Numbered from the stretch's first letter, positions 8,308 through 18,452 are shown. The stretch is DNA of 36,885 bases from Candidatus Aenigmatarchaeota archaeon (GCA_043799385.1 JAZDNV010000013.1:1-36885); one strand, 5' to 3'. Made by a program: numbers and translations. Notes: generated from the letters alone by a model not told the origin.

Positions 8308-9867
8308 TCACCCATTCTTCCTGAAATGCTCTGTCTTTTTTCTCATCCACGCTAATTCTTCTTTTGGTATCTCTGGAAACGTTTCTGATATCGCGTTGTA
8401 GAGAGAACTGCTGAAGCATCCTTCCAGACAACCGTATAGTCCGTTCTCCAGGAAATGATGCCTTCTCAATTTTTTTGGCAATTCTTCTATTCTTAAATCA
8501 AGATAATCAACGAGCCACCGAACTGCTTTTTTGCCTAATTCTTTGCCCGAATCGCCTTGCCACATGTTCGTCTGCCTTATTTCCCATTCATTGAACATTT
8601 CCAAATAAGCGTTATCGATTGCGCGGTAAACGCTGCCATTGAACAGATGAATCATGCCATTAAGGCCGTTCTCATCGAAATCGCGCTGATGAATTCTTTT
8701 AGGGATTTTTTCCAACGGTATTTTCAATTTTTCTTCTATTAACCACTTCGTCGCTTCTTTCGCATGCTCCATTCCGTCGGGACCGCACCAGTAACCCTCG
8801 GGCGCTTTCTCCGCCTGCCATGGCTTGATTCCCATTTCCGGAAAAACGTTCGTTAAAACATTGTACATGCTCCCTCCAAGGGCCCTGTACAATTCGAGTA
8901 AATCATGTTTTCTGAACAATTCTTTCGTGAGTTTTTTCGGCGCTTCCTTTTCAGCTATATTTTCCTCTCTCATCAATTCCCTGACTAATTTCAATGCAAT
9001 CTCTTTTCCCTCGGCTGATTGCAACGAAACAACGCTGCCGTCGTCCTTTATCCGGTATTCGGCCAGAAGCTTTTCCAGTTTTGTGGGCTTCTTTGAAAAC
9101 AAGCTCTTGCCCTTGTAATTAGGAAAATCGCTTCTCTTGAAATGCGGATATGCGGCCATTATCAAATCGATATGCGACTCAGACGGAACTGCACGAACTA
9201 TTACCTCAAGATTTTCTTCCCTGAAAATGTCAAATGTTAGGCGCAGCGGTATTTCATTTACAGGTATCTCCCTTCTTTTGACCAGTCGCTGCACTGCACG
9301 GATGGCTGCTCTAAGTCCATCTTTGCTCTTCCAGAATCCATTAGGAAGTTTGTGGTATTTTTTTAGCGCGTCTGGATAGGCATCATCAAGTGCCTGTCTT
9401 GGAGATCCGTGATAGACAAGGCACAGCATTCCTCCCAAGCCATAACGTTCGAATTCTTTTTGTCTGAGCGTTCCAGATAACCATGGACCAATTTCAAATT
9501 TTTCTTGCACCAACCATTTCGTCGCTTTCCTGCATAGCTCATAATTCGGCGTTCCGTCTTCATTTGTCCATATTCTGTTGCCATTGTGCCTGAACTGCCA
9601 TATATAAAATTTCCCAGGATAAGCAGCATTAACTATTTTGAACGTTGAGCCTTTGTAATAACTTACTAACCCGTGAAGGTTGTTGTCTTTCAGCAAAGGA
9701 ATGGATATGCTTCTGGGAATATCGTCAAAATATATTTTCTCCTTCTTAACAAGCCAATTAAGATTATCTTTGACGTTTTTGGGATCAGCCCAGTAGCCTG
9801 GCGGGACCTGCATTATTCCGCCTATGCGCGGAGCCAAGACGCTACGATATGGCGGATACTCTTCCAT
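8308..9867 (-). CDS. Basic repeat protein, DUF4046-like tandem domains
   Basis: Repeated units of roughly 75-80 aa: xxGYW...A(T/V)(K/R)WL...F..NGLxGM...GS.Y.AI..AYP. Confidence 0.75.
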   Translation of the reverse strand: MEEYPPYRSVLAPRIGGIMQVPPGYWADPKNVKDNLNWLVKKEKIYFDDIPRSISIPLLKDNNLHGLVSYYKGSTFKIVNAAYPGKFYIWQFRHNGNRIWTNEDGTPNYELCRKATKWLVQEKFEIGPWLSGTLRQKEFERYGLGGMLCLVYHGSPRQALDDAYPDALKKYHKLPNGFWKSKDGLRAAIRAVQRLVKRREIPVNEIPLRLTFDIFREENLEVIVRAVPSESHIDLIMAAYPHFKRSDFPNYKGKSLFSKKPTKLEKLLAEYRIKDDGSVVSLQSAEGKEIALKLVRELMREENIAEKEAPKKLTKELFRKHDLLELYRALGGSMYNVLTNVFPEMGIKPWQAEKAPEGYWCGPDGMEHAKEATKWLIEEKLKIPLEKIPKRIHQRDFDENGLNGMIHLFNGSVYRAIDNAYLEMFNEWEIRQTNMWQGDSGKELGKKAVRWLVDYLDLRIEELPKKLRRHHFLENGLYGCLEGCFSSSLYNAISETFPEIPKEELAWMRKKTEHFRKNG

Positions 9868-9950
9868 AGAAAAGGTAATCCAGTTATAAATTAAAAAGTT
9901 TCATTACTGCGCGTTTTTTTCAATTACTTTAAAATTACGAATGAATTACG

Positions 9951-10547
9951 CTACTTCTTTTTTGATAAGCGAAGCTTTGTGTAGCGAATTGCCCTTAGCA
10001 CGAATTCGAGCACTACAAAGAAAATGAAATAATAAGTCAGCGTGTGCGCGAAGTCCGGTATCTTCATCAGCGTCTTTAGTGGTGTCTCGTACGAAAACGT
10101 GGTTATGTCAGCAAGTATTATCGCCAGCAATGCGAACGGCACGAGCTTCGCTATCTCTACCGAGAGGTCTTCGTTGTAATAAGCAGCGACTCTTATTGAT
10201 ATTATTATGACCATTGAAATCATGGATATGTTCTTTATCACGAGGACTTCTGATATCATCGAGAGCAGCGAGGCCATCACAAGGAACCAGAAGAAAGATA
10301 TTACAGGGAACAAGAAGATATATTCAAGGATGTAGGCGATTTTCCTTATCGTCGTATGGCTCTTTCCGCTGCTTATTCTGAATATGTCACGCCTGGAAAT
10401 GAACCTGTAAAACTTGAAGACGAATATTGAATAAACGATTACGCCTATAACAAAGAAAACGAGCGGTTCAAGTGTGTTCTGCGCGCTGGAAAACGACAAG
10501 CCGCTTGCGAACTCATTGAAATAATCTGTAAAGTTCTCAACCCCCAT
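9951..10547 (-). CDS. Conserved integral membrane protein
   Basis: Several TM helices; FYRFISRRDIF and IRVAAYYNEDLSVEIAKLVPFALL motifs. Confidence 0.8.
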   Translation of the reverse strand: MGVENFTDYFNEFASGLSFSSAQNTLEPLVFFVIGVIVYSIFVFKFYRFISRRDIFRISSGKSHTTIRKIAYILEYIFLFPVISFFWFLVMASLLSMISEVLVIKNISMISMVIIISIRVAAYYNEDLSVEIAKLVPFALLAIILADITTFSYETPLKTLMKIPDFAHTLTYYFIFFVVLEFVLRAIRYTKLRLSKKK

Positions 10548-10562
10548 AAAATCATTTGTTTT

Positions 10563-11558
10563 TTATACAACTACGTTCGGTGCGTCTCCGCCTCCGCCGC
10601 CGCATGCCGTGCCTGTTGGAGCGACTGTCGCTTTTATTACCCAGACAAGATTCTCTGTGCCCTCCTGGCTCGGGATCTTGAACTTCGTGTCTGTGCACTT
10701 GATTGCAATCCTTGCGCCATTGGAGCCCTGCAACCCGATTTCGCCTGGCTCATAGCATAAGTTCTTGTCGAACGCTGTCGGGCATGGGTAATTCATGCAG
10801 TTCGCTGTTCCGCCAGGACCGCATTCATATTCAACCTCGCATCTCACAAAACTATCAAACTGGCCTTGAAGCATTGTAACAGCAGCGTTTATTGCATTTC
10901 TTGCCTGTTCAGGACCTGGAACAGGTATGCATTGCAGGGCACCTGTCATAGTCTGCTGCATGATGTTGCTTTTCACTGTATTGTATAAATTATAATACAT
11001 CCACCAGAAGCGGTTTGAAATTGTGTCTGCTGTGATATCGCCGTCGTACAGCATTCGATATTCGTCGCCCTTGACTGTTATCGTTCCTCCCATCGCAGAA
11101 TTGAACCATGATTCGCAGCTCGCGGAACTCCTTATCCCGCATTTTTCTGCTCCGGGCTCAAAGACCTTAACGCAACTGTATTTCGTGGCAGTAACGCCAT
11201 CCATCTTTCCATTGAATGCGTCAATAAAAGAATTTGCTATCGTCTTCGTTTTTTCGCTCATCGAATAACGGACTTCGTTAGGCTCGGGTGGCGTTGATGC
11301 ACCGTTGCATATCCATACCCGCTCGCCGGACAGCGAACCGCCGGCTGCAGCAACTTCCAAAGATGATTGATGCGAAGCCAACATCAATGAATCAGAAAGC
11401 GATTTTTTTGCCTTATCCATCGTCGAGGCAGCCTCGTCTGCAGGAGTTTTTGCCGCTGTCGACGTTTGCATTCCGACCTGGGTCATCGACCAGCCGAGAA
11501 CAACAGCCGCGGCAAGGAAACCAACCATTGCCATGCTGAGAAATTCAAGCCCTTTCAT
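10563..11558 (-). CDS. Class III signal peptide (pilin-like) Cys-containing surface protein
   Basis: Probable start MKG|LEFLSMAMVGFLAAAVVLG at 11558. Confidence 0.65.
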   Translation of the reverse strand: MKGLEFLSMAMVGFLAAAVVLGWSMTQVGMQTSTAAKTPADEAASTMDKAKKSLSDSLMLASHQSSLEVAAAGGSLSGERVWICNGASTPPEPNEVRYSMSEKTKTIANSFIDAFNGKMDGVTATKYSCVKVFEPGAEKCGIRSSASCESWFNSAMGGTITVKGDEYRMLYDGDITADTISNRFWWMYYNLYNTVKSNIMQQTMTGALQCIPVPGPEQARNAINAAVTMLQGQFDSFVRCEVEYECGPGGTANCMNYPCPTAFDKNLCYEPGEIGLQGSNGARIAIKCTDTKFKIPSQEGTENLVWVIKATVAPTGTACGGGGGDAPNVVV

Positions 11559-11631
11559 AGAAATAGATTGTATTTCCCATAATAAATAGTTTTTTATCTG
11601 CCTAGCCTTGTTTTTAAACAAAGATTATCGG

Positions 11632-13644
11632 TCATATCTTGTCCTGCGGTATGCAATATGCGCTCTCAATCGTGTTGCATATCTTATAATTATTCGGGTC
11701 GAAATCCCCGCACTGCAACCCTTCCGGATAGGTGATAACCGTTCCATTGTAAAGGCCGTGGTCATTCCACCAGCTGCATATCTTGCTGCACTTGAACTCA
11801 TCGAACGTGCGTATGATGTGGCTCGTTGCATCAATGATGTACCACGTTTCGTTGACGCACCTCTCGCCGTTGATTTTAAGTATCATGTTTTCATCCAGCG
11901 TGTGATTGCATAAATAAGCAACGATTCCGTGCCCTGGACAGCGAACGCTTCCTGCAGGCAGGCCGATTATATAAAATGCATAGACATGGTCTTTTGGTAT
12001 TCCCAGCGTCCTCATTATTGAGACAACCGCAGTGGAGTGATCCATGCATATCCCAACGCTCTTTCCAGGCGTTCCGCAATCTGGTGTAGGTTTGCATTCC
12101 TCCTGGATAAATGCTCCTGGAGGCGGCATGAATGCACAGTTGTTCGTTGAACAACAGCAGAATCGCTCGTTAACGTAGTTCTCGTTCGTGGTTATTGTAT
12201 CGCGCGCGTTCTGGATAAAGCAGCTTGCGCCAAAACCGGTTAGGTATATTGAATTGTCGAATGCGAATCCATTTGGCATTTCAGCTGTCAGGTCCTTTGC
12301 AATCTCGTTTATGTCCCATCCGCGCCTGTTGAGATAATCAATAACTGCGCGATTGCACACATTGAGGGCGTCAGGAGTCCAGTTAAGCTGGTATGTTCTT
12401 TGCTGCGTTCCTGTTTGCGTTTGGGTTACTATCGTGCTTACGCATGGCGTACTTGTCCATGTTCCAGCGTCTATTCTTATGCTGCAGTTGCATCCGTTTT
12501 TTTCTGGGCAACTTTCTTTCATGGAGAAGTTCCCGCAGTCCTGCTCGCATGTGTAGAAGTTCTCCCACTTCATTGGCTCACTCTTAAATCCCCAAGAGCT
12601 GAAATTAATGTACGGATATTTTTCTTTTTCTGCTTCTGCAAACGGGCTGATTTCGCAGTAATTATTTCCGCAGCATGTGCTATTCTTCTGAACGCATGTC
12701 TTTGCGCCAGGGCAGCACGTCAACGTCTCTTCACGGCCGCAAAGCGTTTTGTAGCAGCATGGCTTGTCCGAGCAGGATTCGTTCTCCTTAGCGCACAGCC
12801 AGCAGTCCGGGTCGTCTGGACAATCAGGATCGCAGATGCCGTTCTCTTTTGAGCATGCGGTATCGCATACGCCGTTGCATTTGTCATCAGGGCTGCAGTC
12901 TGGGTCGCATATGCCTGTAACATTCGATGAGCAGTCGGGGTCGCAAAAGTTGTCCTTTTTATCCTTTGCGCAATCTGGGTCGCAGATGTTGTCCTTTTTG
13001 TTGTTCGTGTCAGGATCGCAGATGCCGTCGCCTGGCTTTATGCAGTCGCTGTCGACAGTTGCGTCTGATTGGTTGCGGTAGCAATCAGGGTCGCAGATGC
13101 CGTCGCCGCTTTTGACGCATCGTGAATCGCAGACGTTGTCCGATAATTGTCCGTAGCATTCTGGATCGCATTTCTCATACAACAGGCACGATGGATCGCA
13201 GATGCCGTCGCCATAGTTGCACGCGCATGTCTCTGACACATAGATTTTTCCGTCATTGCGGCTCTTTATCAGGCAGAGCTTCTGCGGATTATCGAACGAA
13301 TACGTCTGGTCGATGTGCATTGAAGCGGCGAAAGACCTTTTCACGCTTCTGTTTGTATCCAAAAAAGTTATTTCCATTCCCTTCTGGTCTAGAAAAACCC
13401 TCAGATTGACGCCGCTTTTGACGCTGTCCGGAAATTCATGCGTCACCATTGACGAGCTTGCGGATGCGGCGACGCGGTCGATTGAAACTTCAAGGCTTCT
13501 TGCCAGCGAGATTAAAGCGGTGTCTTCCACGCTCGTTGCCTGGTGGCTGAACACAGTGCTGAAGACGACAACGAGAAGTATTATGCCCACAACCAGCGAG
13601 CCGATGGTGAGCATCGTCTCGGTTACAACAATCACGCCGCGCAT
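11632..13644 (-). CDS. Class III signal peptide protein with CDPDC repeats and a C-terminal transglutaminase-like domain
   Basis: MRG|VIVVTETMLTIG plus TM; about 11 (G/N)xCDPDC-type repeats; GICMDHSTAVVSIMRTLGIP...GHGIV...WYIIDAT (Cys-His-Asp). Confidence 0.75.
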   Translation of the reverse strand: MRGVIVVTETMLTIGSLVVGIILLVVVFSTVFSHQATSVEDTALISLARSLEVSIDRVAASASSSMVTHEFPDSVKSGVNLRVFLDQKGMEITFLDTNRSVKRSFAASMHIDQTYSFDNPQKLCLIKSRNDGKIYVSETCACNYGDGICDPSCLLYEKCDPECYGQLSDNVCDSRCVKSGDGICDPDCYRNQSDATVDSDCIKPGDGICDPDTNNKKDNICDPDCAKDKKDNFCDPDCSSNVTGICDPDCSPDDKCNGVCDTACSKENGICDPDCPDDPDCWLCAKENESCSDKPCCYKTLCGREETLTCCPGAKTCVQKNSTCCGNNYCEISPFAEAEKEKYPYINFSSWGFKSEPMKWENFYTCEQDCGNFSMKESCPEKNGCNCSIRIDAGTWTSTPCVSTIVTQTQTGTQQRTYQLNWTPDALNVCNRAVIDYLNRRGWDINEIAKDLTAEMPNGFAFDNSIYLTGFGASCFIQNARDTITTNENYVNERFCCCSTNNCAFMPPPGAFIQEECKPTPDCGTPGKSVGICMDHSTAVVSIMRTLGIPKDHVYAFYIIGLPAGSVRCPGHGIVAYLCNHTLDENMILKINGERCVNETWYIIDATSHIIRTFDEFKCSKICSWWNDHGLYNGTVITYPEGLQCGDFDPNNYKICNTIESAYCIPQDKI

Positions 13645-13703
13645 GAAATATAATTGTTTTGCCTGTAAATAAAAGATTCTATGGATGAAATTATCAGAGG
13701 TGC

Positions 13704-14324
13704 TCAGTATCGTTTATCAGAAGGACCTTGTTCTTTTCGCCTGAGATGCTTCGTATCGTTTATAAGATGGACTCTATTCTTTTCGCCTACTTCAACGATA
13801 TTAACGCAGGTATTTCCCTGCTTCATGTCCATTGATTCTTCAAGCGGCTTTTTCATAACAATGCTAAGAAGAACCTTGTTGAAACCGCCATGAGACATTA
13901 AGAGAACGGTCTTTCCTCTGTATTTCTTGTACAAGGAATCGAGGAATTTTTTCGCCCTTTTCCTGACTTCTATGTAACTTTCTCCTAGCTCAGGTTTGAA
14001 TTCAGAAATGATATAACCGCGTTTTTCCCTTATCTTCTGGAATTCCTTTCTAGTGACTCCCTCGAATATGCCATGGGACCGCTCACGAAGCTTACGGGTG
14101 AAATTAACTTTAACATCATGGAATTTTGCTATCTCCTTAACTGTATCCATGGCACGAGCAAGATCGCTGGAGAATATGGCATCGATTTTTTCTTTTTTTA
14201 AGCGAAGCGCCAGCCGCTTGGCCTGAGCTATACCTTTCTTCGTCAGCTTGCCGTGTATGTGACCCTGTATCATTTCTTTAACGTTCTCTTCTGTCTCGCC
14301 GTGCCGCACGATTATGAGCCTCAT
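13704..14324 (-). CDS. Histidine phosphatase family protein
   Basis: RHGET, SSDLARA, LRERSHGIFEG, GES, SHGG. Confidence 0.92.
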   Translation of the reverse strand: MRLIIVRHGETEENVKEMIQGHIHGKLTKKGIAQAKRLALRLKKEKIDAIFSSDLARAMDTVKEIAKFHDVKVNFTRKLRERSHGIFEGVTRKEFQKIREKRGYIISEFKPELGESYIEVRKRAKKFLDSLYKKYRGKTVLLMSHGGFNKVLLSIVMKKPLEESMDMKQGNTCVNIVEVGEKNRVHLINDTKHLRRKEQGPSDKRY

Positions 14325-14376
14325 TATAAGATTCAGGCAGGGAAGATTTTATAAATTTGAAGATGATTGATTTATC

Positions 14377-15339
14377 ATGGCACAGTTCTTTGACGTAAAT
14401 GAAGAGAGCAAACTCTTTGAGAAACTAGAAGAAGTTCTTAAAAAAAAATTCTTCGCCGGCGAGCGAATTGCAATAAAGCTTCACATGGGCGAACCGGGAA
14501 ACAAAACGAGATTGCCTGTTCCGTTCGTCAAGAAGATTGTTGATATTTTATTGAGATTAGGCGCCAAGCCGTTTCTCTTTGACAGCCCTGTAACGTACGA
14601 GAGCCAGAGAAACACGGCTGACGGCTATCTGAATGCTGCTAAAAAAGAAGGCTGGTTTGATGTCGGCTGTCTTGTGGTAGTTTCAAATAACGCGATAATA
14701 ATCAAGGGAAAATACGCTGCATATGGCGTTTGCAAAGAACTTATCGATGCTGACGGCGTCCTAGTCCTTACGCACGTGAAAGGCCATATATGCTGCGGTT
14801 TCGGCGGAGCGATAAAGAATTTAGGCATGGGTGCACTCAGCAAAGAGACAAAAGCAATGATACACGAAGGCGGGGAGCCGGAATATCTTGGCAATTGCAC
14901 GCTTTGCGGCGCCTGCGCGAAAGCCTGCCCGACAGACAATATAAGATACAGCGATAATCGACCTTGCTTCGACAAGAGCTGGTGTTGTGGATGCTCTAAT
15001 TGCGCTATCGCTTGCAAATTTAATGCAATAAAGCCGAATATCACGACGTTTGACAATTTACTTGCAGATGGCGCGATAACCGCAAAAAATAGTTTCAAGA
15101 AGGTTTTGTATGTGAACGTTATAAAAAATCTTACCCAACACTGCGACTGCGTTTCTAACTCAGGCAGAATAGTTGCAGAAGACGTTGGTTTTGTCATCAG
15201 CGATGATTTGGTTGACGCCGACAAAACCTCGTATGAAATGATAAAAAATAAAGTTGGCAAAGACATTTTCCTAGAGATCAACAAGAAATCACCGCTCGTG
15301 CATATAGAAGCAGCGGAAAAATTTGGCAAGGGCGTCTAG
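14377..15339 (+). CDS. DUF362 domain protein with a 2x[4Fe-4S] ferredoxin insert
   Basis: IKLHMGEPGN, THVKGHICCGFGGAIKNLGMG, CTLCGACAKACP, CCGCSNCAIAC, CDC. Confidence 0.9.
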   Translation: MAQFFDVNEESKLFEKLEEVLKKKFFAGERIAIKLHMGEPGNKTRLPVPFVKKIVDILLRLGAKPFLFDSPVTYESQRNTADGYLNAAKKEGWFDVGCLVVVSNNAIIIKGKYAAYGVCKELIDADGVLVLTHVKGHICCGFGGAIKNLGMGALSKETKAMIHEGGEPEYLGNCTLCGACAKACPTDNIRYSDNRPCFDKSWCCGCSNCAIACKFNAIKPNITTFDNLLADGAITAKNSFKKVLYVNVIKNLTQHCDCVSNSGRIVAEDVGFVISDDLVDADKTSYEMIKNKVGKDIFLEINKKSPLVHIEAAEKFGKGV

Positions 15340-15340
15340 T

Positions 15341-15523
15341 ATGGGCTTTAAAGAAAATACCACGGATGAAATGCAGGAATTGTACAAGAAAAAAGAGCAG
15401 TCGGAAAGAGAGCTCGACCAATTATTGAAGCAGTGTAGAGAAAAACGCAATGAAATAGAAAAAATAAAAAAGGAGATAAGCATGAAATTCGCAATACTGA
15501 ATAGGATTGAGAAAGATAGATAG
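15341..15523 (+). CDS. Small coiled-coil hypothetical protein
   Basis: ATG 1 nt after the DUF362 stop; heptad-like E/K-rich sequence. Confidence 0.55.
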   Translation: MGFKENTTDEMQELYKKKEQSERELDQLLKQCREKRNEIEKIKKEISMKFAILNRIEKDR

Positions 15524-16051
15524 CTATCGTGATGGCAGCTCTTCGTTATTTCTGACGAAAAACCTAGGCAATGAGAATTCGCCTTTCATCTGAAATTTTG
15601 GCATTTCAATTTTAGGCATCGCAAACTTAGGCAACGCCAATTTCTTTTCTGATTTTTCTCTTGGCTTCGTGTACCTGAAGGTTTTGAACAACCGTATAAA
15701 TATCCTGTCGCGCATGCCCAGCTCTTCCCAACGATAGAAATGAACTATCTTATTTCCGCAAATCTGGCATTCATCGTGCTTGAATTCTGATTCAAAGCTT
15801 TTCTCGCACGCAGAGCAGTAATAGCGGAATCTTTTTTTTATCGGTATTATCTTCTTCTCAACGCGCGGTATCTCCACGACTTCATCGCTGCAGTGAATGC
15901 ATTTATCTACTGCCTCAATAGTCTCGAAGTTTCTTACACATTTCTGGCAGAAATATAGATGATGATACTTCTGCGTTCTGAATTCATGATACTCGTCCAG
16001 CGAGCCTTGCGGCAGATTCGTCCACCCTGTGTTCAGACTCATTTTTTTCAC
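15524..16051 (-). CDS. Double zinc-ribbon hypothetical protein
   Basis: Two CxxC...CxxC units (CQKC/CIHC; CSAC/CQIC). Confidence 0.7.
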   Translation of the reverse strand: MKKMSLNTGWTNLPQGSLDEYHEFRTQKYHHLYFCQKCVRNFETIEAVDKCIHCSDEVVEIPRVEKKIIPIKKRFRYYCSACEKSFESEFKHDECQICGNKIVHFYRWEELGMRDRIFIRLFKTFRYTKPREKSEKKLALPKFAMPKIEMPKFQMKGEFSLPRFFVRNNEELPSR

Positions 16052-16052
16052 C

Positions 16053-16349
16053 CTAATACGATATCAGGAAATCCCTGACCAGAAGTTTATTTGCCACAGC
16101 TGGATTGATAGCTAATGCCAGCATAACTAATGCAAGATATTCCGGATGTTCCTGAACGAATTCGACTGCTCTTCTTTGATATCCTGCCAATTTGTTTATG
16201 TCAATCCTTCCTTGAAGGACATCAAGAATCAGAGACTTTTTCACTGTAGACGAATAGAAATTAGTCGTCATTTCGTAAATAGTTTCTCCATTACGAATAA
16301 GCCTCTTGAAATCATTTATGAAGATACGACCATCATCCATACCAATCAC
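16053..16349 (-). CDS. Hypothetical protein
   Basis: Tightly coupled with the flanking minus-strand genes. Confidence 0.6.
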   Translation of the reverse strand: MIGMDDGRIFINDFKRLIRNGETIYEMTTNFYSSTVKKSLILDVLQGRIDINKLAGYQRRAVEFVQEHPEYLALVMLALAINPAVANKLLVRDFLISY

Positions 16350-16645
16350 CCCAAAATATTCCCGAATCCTTCTATTGCGATATCCTCCTCTTCTGCAACC
16401 TTTTTCAGTACATTTTCTTTATCTTTGTACTTCTCGGCAATGCCTTTCAGCAATTCTTTAACCTTTTTCATTGCCTCATCGCTGCCATTAACAATTATAA
16501 AATAGCCGTCCTCTTTCATGCCCAGTGCAGACGCTAGTTTTATCGTTATGCTCTGCCTTCCTACCAAATCGTCGCCTCTAAGCGCTAGTTCGGCTTTGCT
16601 CTTTTCCTCGCTCTTTACAAGAAAGACCTCTTCCATCTTAAACAC
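16346..16645 (-). CDS. Conserved archaeal hypothetical protein
   Basis: DDLVGRQSITIK...GYFIIVNGSDEA...EEDIAIEGFGNILG; operon-like overlap with the next gene. Confidence 0.7.
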   Translation of the reverse strand: MFKMEEVFLVKSEEKSKAELALRGDDLVGRQSITIKLASALGMKEDGYFIIVNGSDEAMKKVKELLKGIAEKYKDKENVLKKVAEEEDIAIEGFGNILG

Positions 16646-16728
16646 CGATTAGTTATTAGTCGAAAAATTCTTAAATGCAAGTTGCTTAATAAGTGATTCT
16701 TTTGTAATGTTATCGTAATTGCAGGTAA

Positions 16729-16801
16729 AGCCCCGAGTGAGAATCGAACTCACGACCTGCTGTTTACGAAACAGCCGCTCTACCGACTGAGCTACCGAGG
16801 C
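16729..16801 (-). tRNA. tRNA-Thr(CGT), no intron
   Basis: Acceptor GCCTCGG/TCGGGGC, GCTGT-TT-CGT-AA-ACAGC, T arm GTGAG-TTCGATT-CTCAC. Confidence 0.95.
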
Positions 16802-16855
16802 ATATAGATAAATAATGCAAAATCTCTTTAATAGTTTGCAAGGCTAAATGTTTTT

Positions 16856-17875
16856 ATGAAGGAGGCGCTGTTCTACAAGAATAGGGCAGGAATCGTCCGG
16901 TGCAGACTGTGCGCCAGAAACTGCGTTATTGCTGAAGGAAAAACGGGGAATTGCGGCGTACGTGAGAACCAGGGCGGAAAGCTTTTTTCACTGGTTTTCG
17001 GCCGTGCTTGCTCGATTGCAACAGATCCTATAGAAAAAAAGCCATTCTTTCATTTTGCGCCAAAAACGCAAACGCTATCCATAGCGACCGTTGGCTGCAA
17101 CTTCCACTGTACGTTCTGCCAAAACGCAGAAATATCGCAGCCTGAGAAGATTTTTGGCGAATGCGCAGAACCAGAAGCGTTAATAAAAATCAACAAATCG
17201 CAGGGCTTTTCCTGGACATACACCGAACCGACAGTATTCTACGAGTATTTTTACGAAACTGCAAAGCTATGCAAGAAAATGAAGAAGAATTTTTATCACA
17301 CCTGGGTCACGAACGGTTATACGAGCGCGGAGGCGATAAAAAAGGCCAGCAAATTCCTGAACGCAGTTAACGTTGATTACAAGGGCGATGACAAATTCTA
17401 TCAAGAATTGTGCTCTGCACGGCTGGAGCCGGTGCAAAACGCGCTAAAGGCGTACAAGAAGAATAAGATATGGATTGAGATAACAAATTTATTGATATCA
17501 GGAAAGAACGACAGCGATGAGCAGATAGAGGAGATGGTCTCGTGGATTACTGATAATATAGGGCAGGTGCCGCTGCATTTCTCGCGCTTTTTCCCTCATT
17601 ATAAATTAAACGCACCGATAACACCTACTGCAACGTTAGAACGAGCAGCAGCGATTGCGGAAAAAGAATTGGATTACGTCTATTTTGGCAACATTCACCA
17701 TGAAAAAGAGAATACTTTCTGCCATAACTGCAAAAACATGCTCATCCAGCGCGAGGGGTTTTTTGTAGTAAAAATCGATTTAAAGAAGAAGGGGAAGAGC
17801 TATCGATGCCCTAACTGCAACGAGAAAATACCGCTGGCTGGTATGGATTGGACTAGAATGCAAACAAAGGATTAA
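16856..17875 (+). CDS. amrS: AmmeMemoRadiSam system radical SAM enzyme
   Basis: CRLCARNC...GNCGVREN, DPIEKKPFFHF, GCNFHCTFCQN, TYTEP, VTNGY, PLHFSRFFP. Confidence 0.92.
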   Translation: MKEALFYKNRAGIVRCRLCARNCVIAEGKTGNCGVRENQGGKLFSLVFGRACSIATDPIEKKPFFHFAPKTQTLSIATVGCNFHCTFCQNAEISQPEKIFGECAEPEALIKINKSQGFSWTYTEPTVFYEYFYETAKLCKKMKKNFYHTWVTNGYTSAEAIKKASKFLNAVNVDYKGDDKFYQELCSARLEPVQNALKAYKKNKIWIEITNLLISGKNDSDEQIEEMVSWITDNIGQVPLHFSRFFPHYKLNAPITPTATLERAAAIAEKELDYVYFGNIHHEKENTFCHNCKNMLIQREGFFVVKIDLKKKGKSYRCPNCNEKIPLAGMDWTRMQTKD

Positions 17876-17899
17876 AAGTTTTCTGAAAATGATGGTCTC

Positions 17900-18340
17900 A
17901 TGGAAGATGATATAAAAAAGAAACGGAAGGACGGGTGGATCGAAGTATCATTCATGATAGAAGTCCTTGGCGTGGACAAAGACGTTGTAGAAAACGCGAT
18001 GAAGACGCATATAGATAAATTATCAAAGACTATGTATACTTTCGTCTACGAAAAGAAATTCAGCGATACGAATAAGGTGGAGAACCCGATGAAAAACATA
18101 GGGGAAGCCTATTCCCAGATAGCCGAGGTAAAGCTCTTCATCAAAGACATGCTTTCCTTGGTGAGCGTTGTTCTTATCTATGGTCCGTCTGCAATAGAGA
18201 TAATCGGCCCGAGCAGCAAAGAGATTAAAATAGACGAGATGCAGAATATCTGCAATGTACTGGCAGGATTGATTCATCAGTATGCTGCCGCAGGCATCGG
18301 CGGGGTCCTTATAACTCCAGACAAGCCTAGGAGTGATTAA
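17900..18340 (+). CDS. Conserved hypothetical protein
   Basis: MIEVLG...YSQIAEV...YGPSAIEIIGP; coherent ORF downstream of amrS. Confidence 0.75.
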   Translation: MEDDIKKKRKDGWIEVSFMIEVLGVDKDVVENAMKTHIDKLSKTMYTFVYEKKFSDTNKVENPMKNIGEAYSQIAEVKLFIKDMLSLVSVVLIYGPSAIEIIGPSSKEIKIDEMQNICNVLAGLIHQYAAAGIGGVLITPDKPRSD

Positions 18341-18424
18341 TTTAAAATACATTAGGGATTTATTTTAAAATTTTGAAATAGCACAACTATTTCAATATTA
18401 AAATACATCAGGGATGTATTTTAA
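18341..18424. repeat. Three tandem palindromes; the outer two are near-identical 27-bp repeats (probable operators)
   Basis: TTAAAATACAT-TAGGG-ATTTATTTTAA (18342-18368), TTGAAATAG-CACAA-CTATTTCAA (18373-18395), TTAAAATACAT-CAGGG-ATGTATTTTAA (18398-18424). Confidence 0.75.
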
Positions 18425-18452
18425 AATCTTATCGCTTATTAATATTATAATA

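Noticed and set aside
12720..13409. Multiple short Cys/Arg/Ser-rich ORFs and DNA repeats (GGATCGCAGATGCCGTCGCC-like)
   Set aside because: They are alternative frames and codon-level repeats of the CDPDC protein repeats
18342..18424. Mini-CRISPR reading (27-bp repeat, 29-bp spacer, repeat)
   Set aside because: Only two repeats, the spacer is itself a related palindrome, there are no cas genes, and the position is a promoter; operators explain it better
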